Part shown: one piece after another, positions 57,839-64,000 of the stretch | Layout of the letters: every line of letters starts with the position of its first letter | How positions within the stretch are numbered: position 1 is the stretch's first letter | Origin: Candidatus Onthoplasma sp. | GTDB taxonomy: Bacteria; Bacillota; Clostridia; Christensenellales; UBA1242 | Direction of reading: 5' to 3' | Length of the DNA: 64,000 nucleotides | Assembly (NCBI GenBank): GCA_051883515.1 | Contig: JBJETW010000008.1 | Coordinates: 81,244-145,243 of the forward strand | Notes under the pieces: generated by a model | The model's database searches: none | Seen by the model: the letters and a program-made list of their open reading frames with translations, nothing else | What the model was told of the DNA's origin: nothing | Position numbers and translations under genes: made by a program

Positions 57839-59569
57839 TTATAATTCTTTTTTCTTAAACAACACATTTCCAACTGCATTTGTGATACCAACAATTAATA
57901 AAATCATTACGATTGTTAGTCCAATTGATGTTGTGGTATATATTTTTGTTCCAAACAAACTATTGAATATGTTTCCTGCAACAGCATATGTTGAACTTCC
58001 AAACAAAGCAAACAAATCAATATGTGAGAATGGGTAGAAGGTTAACCATGAATTAGGTTTTGTTACGAACAATGGAAGCAGAGTGTTGACAAGATATAAT
58101 AAAATTAAGATTGTCATAGATGCTAAATCTGATTTTATAAATGATGAGAACAATAATGCTATTGAAGAATATACAATAATTTGCAACAAGATTGATAATA
58201 TCGCTATAAAGTACATAGCCATTGGTTTCATAACCACTGCTGTTTTCCCATTGAAAATTGTCAAAATTGGAAGAGATGAAACTCCATAAACCGCACAACC
58301 GACCAAGAACGAAATAATAGCACTGAAAACTAATAAAATGGTAGAAATTATAATAATTGACAACAATTTTCCAAAATAAATTTCGGACCTTGACATTGGA
58401 CGAATTGCAATGTATCTCATTGAACCTTCTTTAATTTCGCCGGCAATTGAATGACAACATAACAAAATTGCGTAAACAATTATAACAAACGAAAAGATTT
58501 TCAATACAAAGTAAGCAAAATCATATGCGTTTGTTTTGGTGTTTGATGTCACACCGATTGTTAATGGGTGAGCAAAATCTTGTTCTGTTTTGTTGTTGTC
58601 AAACAAATATGAATATCTAACTTTTAATGTGTTTGAATCATACTTAGAGTAGTTTGACAAATTTACAATCGTCATATTTTCACTTGTGCTGACATGGTCG
58701 AAAGCATTACATAAAAGTTCATAAGAGATTAAATTTGCAAAAGTGTCAATTTGACTTATGTATTCATTCGCAAGTTCATTCATTTTGTTTGCAAATGCAA
58801 TCTCATTATCATCTGTCGCTTGAGGTTCTGACTTTAAAGATGACATTGTAGTTAATATTGTGTTTAGTCTTTCTTTTAGAGTTTTATATTTTCCTTCTGA
58901 ACTAGATGTGTAAGTACTCACAAAAGAAGTTGATAATTCAGGATAAATGATTGAAGAAAGAAGAGAGTCAAATTGATTTTTAAAATTATCTTCGAAATAT
59001 TTACAATCGTCTGACACTTTGTCATATGTTATGGTCTTGTTAAGCCACTTGCGCATATTGGAAGAAAGGGTTGACCATGCATCTCTATTTTTTGATGTTA
59101 ATAGGGCGGAAAATGTCCCATTTGAAGATTTTATCATAACATTGTCAATTTCGTCACAAATATCTTGAAAAGCGGTTTTTAAAGCATTCCTTTTATTGCT
59201 TACAACCGCGTTGTCTTCTGATGTTTTGCTACTTAAATATAAATCGTATGCACTATAAAAATTGGTTATTAAATTTTCGATGTGTTGTTTTTCAGTTTCT
59301 CCGTCAATAAAATAATTGTTGATTTTGTCGAGAGCGTTTTGTAAGACATCGTCCGCTTTAGATTTTGGACCTGCATTCAGTCCACCCATAAAATATTCAT
59401 ATTTTTGTGCAAAGGTTGTCCCTTCAATTTTGACAACATTGCTCTCATATGTTTCTGGTTTGTAAATTGCAACTCCAGCAACAAGAATTATTGCAAGAAA
59501 AACTGAGAGAATGTAAATTCCCGATTTTGACAAGATTTTTTTCATTTCAGATGAAATAATTTTAAACAT
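57839..59569 (-). CDS. ABC-2-type transporter permease with a large N-terminal extracytoplasmic domain
   Basis: One TM helix, then an approximately 330-aa soluble region, then 5-6 TM helices. It lies downstream of an ABC ATPase. Confidence 0.7.
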   Translation of the reverse strand: MFKIISSEMKKILSKSGIYILSVFLAIILVAGVAIYKPETYESNVVKIEGTTFAQKYEYFMGGLNAGPKSKADDVLQNALDKINNYFIDGETEKQHIENLITNFYSAYDLYLSSKTSEDNAVVSNKRNALKTAFQDICDEIDNVMIKSSNGTFSALLTSKNRDAWSTLSSNMRKWLNKTITYDKVSDDCKYFEDNFKNQFDSLLSSIIYPELSTSFVSTYTSSSEGKYKTLKERLNTILTTMSSLKSEPQATDDNEIAFANKMNELANEYISQIDTFANLISYELLCNAFDHVSTSENMTIVNLSNYSKYDSNTLKVRYSYLFDNNKTEQDFAHPLTIGVTSNTKTNAYDFAYFVLKIFSFVIIVYAILLCCHSIAGEIKEGSMRYIAIRPMSRSEIYFGKLLSIIIISTILLVFSAIISFLVGCAVYGVSSLPILTIFNGKTAVVMKPMAMYFIAILSILLQIIVYSSIALLFSSFIKSDLASMTILILLYLVNTLLPLFVTKPNSWLTFYPFSHIDLFALFGSSTYAVAGNIFNSLFGTKIYTTTSIGLTIVMILLIVGITNAVGNVLFKKKEL

Positions 59570-59576
59570 GTTTCTC

Positions 59577-60509
59577 CTAAATTATGCTTGTTGAAGGTCT
59601 ATCTTTGTTTAGCAATTCAAAATATAATTCTTCAAGCGATTTATGTATTTTTTTGATGCCATAAATTTTGATTTTTTTGTAAGTTAAAAAGGTTATGATA
59701 GTTGCTAAATTCCTTTCCTTTAAAGGTAAAATCACTGAATTTCCAACGACCTTTGAAGGTAAATTAAATTTTGTTTTCAATAGTGATGCTGCATAGTTAG
59801 GGTAGTTGCACATGAATTGAATTCTTTGTTTTGACTCAACAATTGAGTTAATTTGTTCCATAGTTTTATATTCAATCATTCTGCCATTATTAATCAGTCC
59901 AATTACATCACATGTTTGTTCAAGTTCAGCAAGATTGTGGCTTGATATTATAATTGTCATGTTTTCTTTTTGAGCAAGTATTTTTAAAATATTACGTATT
60001 TCAACAATTCCGTTAGGGTCAAGTCCGTTTGTTGGCTCGTCAAGAATCAAAAGTTTTGGTTTTGAAAGCAATGCTTGAGCAATTCCAAGTCTTTGCTTCA
60101 TTCCTAGAGAATAAGTTGAAACTTTATCCTTAATTCGATTTTCCATGCCAACAAGTTTAACTATATCTGGAATTCTTTTAACTGCTTTTTCACCATGCAA
60201 AGAAGCAAACAATTTTAAATTTTTCAGTCCGCTCATATAGGTGTAGAGTTGAGGCATTTCAACAACTGCGCCAACTTTTGAAATTGCTTTTTTAAAAGAA
60301 GTTTTAATGCTATATCCACAAATTCTAACATCTCCAGAAGTGATTGGAATCAGTCCGGTTATCATTTTTATTGTTGTTGATTTTCCAGCACCATTTGGCC
60401 CAACAAATCCAAAAATTTGGCCAGGAAACAATGAAAAACACACGTCATTTACGACGCGTTTGTCCTTATAATCTTTAGTTAAATTTGATACTGAAAGAAC
60501 AGGAATCAT
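59577..60509 (-). CDS. ABC transporter ATP-binding protein (ABC-2/drug-export type)
   Basis: Walker A GPNGAGKST, signature YSLGMKQRL, and Walker B LILDEPTNGLD. Confidence 0.9.
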   Translation of the reverse strand: MIPVLSVSNLTKDYKDKRVVNDVCFSLFPGQIFGFVGPNGAGKSTTIKMITGLIPITSGDVRICGYSIKTSFKKAISKVGAVVEMPQLYTYMSGLKNLKLFASLHGEKAVKRIPDIVKLVGMENRIKDKVSTYSLGMKQRLGIAQALLSKPKLLILDEPTNGLDPNGIVEIRNILKILAQKENMTIIISSHNLAELEQTCDVIGLINNGRMIEYKTMEQINSIVESKQRIQFMCNYPNYAASLLKTKFNLPSKVVGNSVILPLKERNLATIITFLTYKKIKIYGIKKIHKSLEELYFELLNKDRPSTSII

Positions 60510-60516
60510 ATGTCTC

Positions 60517-61743
60517 CTAATTATTTATTCGTCTTAACAAATTATATTTTGCGACAAAATTGATGTAAACCGCCAAAGACAAAAGCAATGGGGCATAAAT
60601 ATTTGAAAAATTCGACCAAGCAAATATTTTAACTAATGAATTGTTTCCAATGGCAATATTAACAATTATACATGCAATCAGAACCAATAAGAAAGCGCCA
60701 GTTGCAATAAAGAAATGAAGTTTTGAATTGTATGTATAATTACCATGTTTTACTTTTAATCTCAAAGTTTCGTTTTTCAAAAGTAAAACAACAGGGTAGA
60801 ATAGTGCTATTAATAGCGAAGTTATCAGTGACACATAAAATAATGGTGAAGTGCCAGTAAAACTTACAACAATAGCACAAATTATTAAACTTAAAATTAA
60901 ATATGCGCTTGTGATTAATGCTGTGAAATTCAATGCTTTTATCGTGTTTTTTGCTCGAATATAATCTTTTTCCTTTTTTATGTCTTTATATTCAAGATAT
61001 TCAATTTGCTCAGTTGGAATAATGTTTTCAATTTTAGTTTCTGGAAGAGTGAAATCTTGATTTTGTGAATGCGTTTCGAATTTTGATTTATATTCTTCTG
61101 TTATTTTTGTTGATGGCACACTTGTGAAGGTGGTTATGCTGTTATTTTCTGCAAAATTTGTTTCCTTATTATTTTCTTTTATTGCGTTAACATTCTCTTT
61201 GTTGATTTCCAACTCGGTTTTTGTGTCAATTGTTGTGGAAGCAAAAACTTCGTCTGATGGCAAGATGTTCTCTTGCTCTTTTGGAATGTAAGCGTCGTTA
61301 GATTTTTCAAGCAAATCGAGTACAGACAAATCGTTTTTTGATTCATCTTCAAAAGTTTCTTTTTCCAAAAGGTCAATCACAGAAATTTGCTTTGGCTCTT
61401 GCTCTACAACTTCTTCAGTTGATTTTTCATCTAATTCTTCCGTATTTTCGTTCAATTTGATTTCATTGATTAAAACATCAACTGGTGGGAAAGTTGAAAG
61501 TTGAAGTCTGCCGTTGTCTGTCAATTTATAGTAATGGCGTTTTCCACCAATGTCACTATCTTTCCAAAAAGAAGAAATAAACTTTGATTTTTCAAGTTTT
61601 TTCAAAACTGTGTAAAGTGTTGGTTGTTTGATTTCAATTTCGCCATTAAACTTGCTTTCAATGTTTTTTGAAAGTTCAATCCCATATTTATCACCATCTT
61701 TTAACTCAATTAAAATAAATGGTATCAAATCAACAGTTCTCAT
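60517..61743 (-). CDS. Membrane-tethered PadR-family transcriptional regulator (wHTH + acidic linker + 4 TM)
   Basis: PadR signature (GDKYGIELSK...QPTLYTVLKKLEKSKFISSFW...GGKRHYYKLTDNG), a low-complexity linker, and a C-terminal hydrophobic domain. AAGGGG SD. Confidence 0.75.
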   Translation of the reverse strand: MRTVDLIPFILIELKDGDKYGIELSKNIESKFNGEIEIKQPTLYTVLKKLEKSKFISSFWKDSDIGGKRHYYKLTDNGRLQLSTFPPVDVLINEIKLNENTEELDEKSTEEVVEQEPKQISVIDLLEKETFEDESKNDLSVLDLLEKSNDAYIPKEQENILPSDEVFASTTIDTKTELEINKENVNAIKENNKETNFAENNSITTFTSVPSTKITEEYKSKFETHSQNQDFTLPETKIENIIPTEQIEYLEYKDIKKEKDYIRAKNTIKALNFTALITSAYLILSLIICAIVVSFTGTSPLFYVSLITSLLIALFYPVVLLLKNETLRLKVKHGNYTYNSKLHFFIATGAFLLVLIACIIVNIAIGNNSLVKIFAWSNFSNIYAPLLLSLAVYINFVAKYNLLRRINN

Positions 61744-61805
61744 ATGACCCCTTATTGCATTCTGAATTTTCGTTAAACTTATTTTTTATCACTCAAACTT
61801 GCAAA

Positions 61806-61829
61806 ATAATAATTAATATTAATTATTAT
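61806..61829. promoter_or_regulatory. Perfect 24-bp palindrome (candidate operator)
   Basis: ATAATAATTAAT|ATTAATTATTAT. It spans the -10 through about +12 of the padR-like promoter. Confidence 0.4.
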
Positions 61830-61853
61830 ACCTTAAAAATTGTCAATAGTCAA
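61825..61853 (-). promoter_or_regulatory. SigA-type promoter of the padR-ABC operon
   Basis: TTGACT (61853-61848), 17 nt, TATAAT (61830-61825). Confidence 0.45.
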
Positions 61854-61923
61854 TGATTTTATTATTATTTCAGTTAAAGCTCGTCTAAGCGTTATCATTT
61901 TAGTTAAACTCATCCCTTATACA

Positions 61924-61950
61924 TAAAAAAAGGTAAATCTAATTTACCTT
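61924..61950 (-). terminator. Intrinsic terminator after lexA
   Basis: On the - strand: aggtaaat-tag-atttacct followed by T7. Confidence 0.6.
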
Positions 61951-61951
61951 G

Positions 61952-62536
61952 TTATAATTTGTTTCTAATGAGTCCCACAACTTTTCCTAAAATAACAACA
62001 TTGTCAACATAAATAGGGCGCATTGATGGATTTTCTGGTTGAAGTCTAAATTGACCATTTTCTTTATAAAACCTTTTAACGGTTGCTTCATTATCAATGA
62101 GACATGCAACAATTTCACCATTATTTGCCACGTTTTGTTTTGAAATTACAACATAATCTCCATTTAAAATGCCAGCATTAATCATGCTTTCACCTTTAAC
62201 TTTTAAAACAAATAAATTGCTTCCTGAAAAGAAATTTTCAGATATAACAATTTGGTCTAGAAGAGTTTCTTCTGCAAGAATTGGTTGACCAGCAGCAATT
62301 TCACCCACAACAGGAAGGGTGATGCTGTCAATTGGCTTTTCAGTTAGTTCAATTGCTCGATTTTTGCTTGGGTTTCTGATGATTTTGCCGGCTTTTTCCA
62401 ATTTCTTCAAATGATAAAACGCAGTTGAAGTTGATTCAAGATTTAAACTTGAACAAATTTCACGGATACTTGGAGAATAGTGATTTGTTTTTATATATGA
62501 TACAATAAAATCATAGGTTTCTTGAGTTTTATCCAT
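61952..62536 (-). CDS. lexA: LexA repressor
   Basis: N-terminal wHTH, AG cleavage site (VGEIAAGQPI), Ser-Lys dyad (VKGESM ... ATVKRF). Confidence 0.93.
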   Translation of the reverse strand: MDKTQETYDFIVSYIKTNHYSPSIREICSSLNLESTSTAFYHLKKLEKAGKIIRNPSKNRAIELTEKPIDSITLPVVGEIAAGQPILAEETLLDQIVISENFFSGSNLFVLKVKGESMINAGILNGDYVVISKQNVANNGEIVACLIDNEATVKRFYKENGQFRLQPENPSMRPIYVDNVVILGKVVGLIRNKL

Positions 62537-62590
62537 TTATAACTCCTTTTTTATTTCTTCTTAAACAATAACAAAAAATTTTAATGTTGT

Positions 62591-62604
62591 CAAACATTTG
62601 TTCG
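62591..62604 (-). promoter_or_regulatory. LexA (Cheo/SOS) box overlapping the lexA -35
   Basis: The - strand reads CGAACAAATGTTTG, versus the Firmicute consensus CGAACnnnnGTTCG (1 mismatch). It overlaps TTGACA (62593-62588). Confidence 0.6.
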
Positions 62605-62621
62605 ATATTTTTTGAATTTTT

Positions 62622-63668
62622 TTATTGATTATTTAATTTTACTTTTCCTGCAACTGATTTTCTAATATCGTCGCTAATTGCTGCATAGTGTTTTTTTGTT
62701 GTGTTTACGTCTTTATGACCAAGGACTTCTGCAACTATGTAAATATCATTGGTCTCTTTGTATAAATTTGTTCCATAAGTTGAGCGCAATTTATGAGGAG
62801 TTATGTTTTTAAGTGGGGTGGCAATTTTTGCATATTTTTTAACCAAATATTCCATAGAACGCACCATCATTCTTTTGTTTTGACTGGAAAGAAAGAGTGC
62901 ACGTTCTTCGCGTGGCACTTGAAGTGTCTCACGATAATTAAGATATTCTTTCAAAATTTCTGCCGTCTCTTCACCGAAGTAGAGAATAACCTGATTTCCA
63001 CCTTTTCTTGTCACTCTAAAAGAATTTAAGTTTAAATTTATGTCATCAACATTAAGTCCCACACATTCACTTACACGGATTCCTGTTGTCAAAAATAAAG
63101 ATAAAATTGCGTTATCTCGAATTTTGAATTTCTCATTATATTTACGCTGATGTTCTGAAAAACCTGATTGAGAATTGCAAGTATACATCAATTCAGCAGT
63201 TTCATTCTCTTCTAAACGAATAATTGGTTTTTCGTGCATTTTGGGAGTTTTTATCTTGCTTGCAACATTTGATTTTATCATATCTCGATTAAAAAAGTAC
63301 TTAAAAAATGCTCGTATGCTTGACAATTTTCGCTGTTTTCCGCGTTCACCATTTGAATATATTGAACCATCTTCTTTGTCATAACACGATATGTAAGACA
63401 TAAATCGTTCAATTGTGTGCACATCAATATTATCTATATCTTGGATTGTAATCGACTGAACAGTACGATTGCTGAAATCTGCTTCGTAAGTGATTAAATA
63501 ATTGAAAAATGTTTTTAAATCTCCCGCATAATTTAACCTTGTCAGTGGGGTGGTGGTGTCTTGAATACCTATAAAGAAGATTGAGCAAAAAGGTGGCAAT
63601 TCAGATAACATCAAATTGAGTTTTTGCATGTTTTTTCTGTTTCTATCAAGATAATAATTATTGGACAT
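62622..63668 (-). CDS. Tyrosine recombinase / integrase (XerC/D family)
   Basis: R..HxxR..Y catalytic pattern (TGIRVSE, HKLRSTYGT, LGHKDVNTTKKHY). AAGGAGAA SD. Confidence 0.85.
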   Translation of the reverse strand: MSNNYYLDRNRKNMQKLNLMLSELPPFCSIFFIGIQDTTTPLTRLNYAGDLKTFFNYLITYEADFSNRTVQSITIQDIDNIDVHTIERFMSYISCYDKEDGSIYSNGERGKQRKLSSIRAFFKYFFNRDMIKSNVASKIKTPKMHEKPIIRLEENETAELMYTCNSQSGFSEHQRKYNEKFKIRDNAILSLFLTTGIRVSECVGLNVDDINLNLNSFRVTRKGGNQVILYFGEETAEILKEYLNYRETLQVPREERALFLSSQNKRMMVRSMEYLVKKYAKIATPLKNITPHKLRSTYGTNLYKETNDIYIVAEVLGHKDVNTTKKHYAAISDDIRKSVAGKVKLNNQ

Positions 63669-63792
63669 AATTCTCCTTATAAATAAATCTTAAATATTAT
63701 ATGAATATATTATACAACATCATTGCGAAAAAAGCAAATGTTTTTACGCAAAGATTAAAAAATAAAAAATTTTAATAATTCCTTGTATTTAT

Positions 63793-63821
63793 TTGACATT
63801 TTTTTGTAAATAATTTAGTAT
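63793..63821 (+). promoter_or_regulatory. SigA-type promoter of the terminal leader
   Basis: TTGACA, 17 nt, TAGTAT. Confidence 0.45.
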
Positions 63822-63827
63822 TGTATC

Positions 63828-64000
63828 AGTTTAATATGTCGATGATAGGGACTAGTTGTTTACTGAAAGTGAGAGAGAAGTCGTGGTTGGTGTGAACGGC
63901 ACACGGGATTAAACAGCGTCTACCCCTTAGACATTCGGTAATGCGAAGCCGATTGCATGGCACAATTTGCAAAAAAGAGTGGGATAATTTTTATCCAAAT
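63828..64000 (+). promoter_or_regulatory. Probable T-box leader, 5' part only (truncated by window end)
   Basis: GATGATAGGG stem-I base, then AGAGAG bulge + GTCGTGGTTGGTGTGAACGGCAC. This parallels the thrS leader (AGAGAGAG + TGCATGCTGGCTGGAATTTGCAC). The stem-III-like hairpin ggataa-ttt-ttatcc sits at the edge. Confidence 0.5.

Noticed and set aside
62622-63668. Tyrosine recombinase as a marker of an integrated mobile element or prophage.
   Set aside because: It has no adjacent phage, conjugation or cargo genes, no flanking direct repeats that I could find, and no neighbouring tRNA target. It is flanked by lexA and a T-box leader, so it is treated as a chromosomal Xer-like recombinase.

Overview
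This is a visibly AT-rich chromosomal segment from an endospore-forming Firmicute (Clostridia-like). All calls come from reading motifs and gene order; no database search was run.

**Content.** Almost everything is core housekeeping on the + strand:
- an interrupted dcw/division cluster: murD-ftsW, then a 2-kb islet, then murA-ftsQ-ftsA-ftsZ
- a NitT/TauT-type ABC importer (- strand)
- T-box-controlled thrS, and infC-rpmI-rplT behind an L20-type leader
- yebC-ruvCAB-queA-(ygjV-like)-tgt-yajC-secDF-recJ
- scpAB, ytfI/ytfJ-dacB-rluB, and plsC-S1
- a 6-tRNA operon plus lone tRNA-Thr and tRNA-Trp
- the sporulation operons spoIIAA-spoIIAB-sigF and spoVAC-AD-AE, plus yunB
- nifS-thiI, rny and rnhA
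- on the - strand, a PadR/ABC-2 export module, lexA with a Cheo-type box, and a tyrosine recombinase
- the window ends inside a second T-box-like leader

I saw no CRISPR array, IS element, prophage or recognisable defence gene.

**Most unusual observations.**
1. A 770-bp unit carrying an orphan 172-aa gene is bracketed by two diverged copies (78% nt identity) of the ftsW 3' end. Next to it are an orphan kinase-fold-like gene and an unexplained G+C-richer island upstream of murA.
2. A promoter geometry recurs at four or more genes: -35, 17 nt, -10, 6 nt, then ATG with no Shine-Dalgarno (SD). This implies leaderless mRNAs.
3. A small gene with canonical signals encodes a 26%-Phe, Cys/Asn-rich 69-aa peptide.
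4. A cardiolipin-synthase paralog has both HKD motifs substituted.
5. A membrane-tethered PadR regulator has a perfect 24-bp palindrome over its promoter.

None of these amounts to a demonstrated new system. They are ranked candidates, each with an explicit test.
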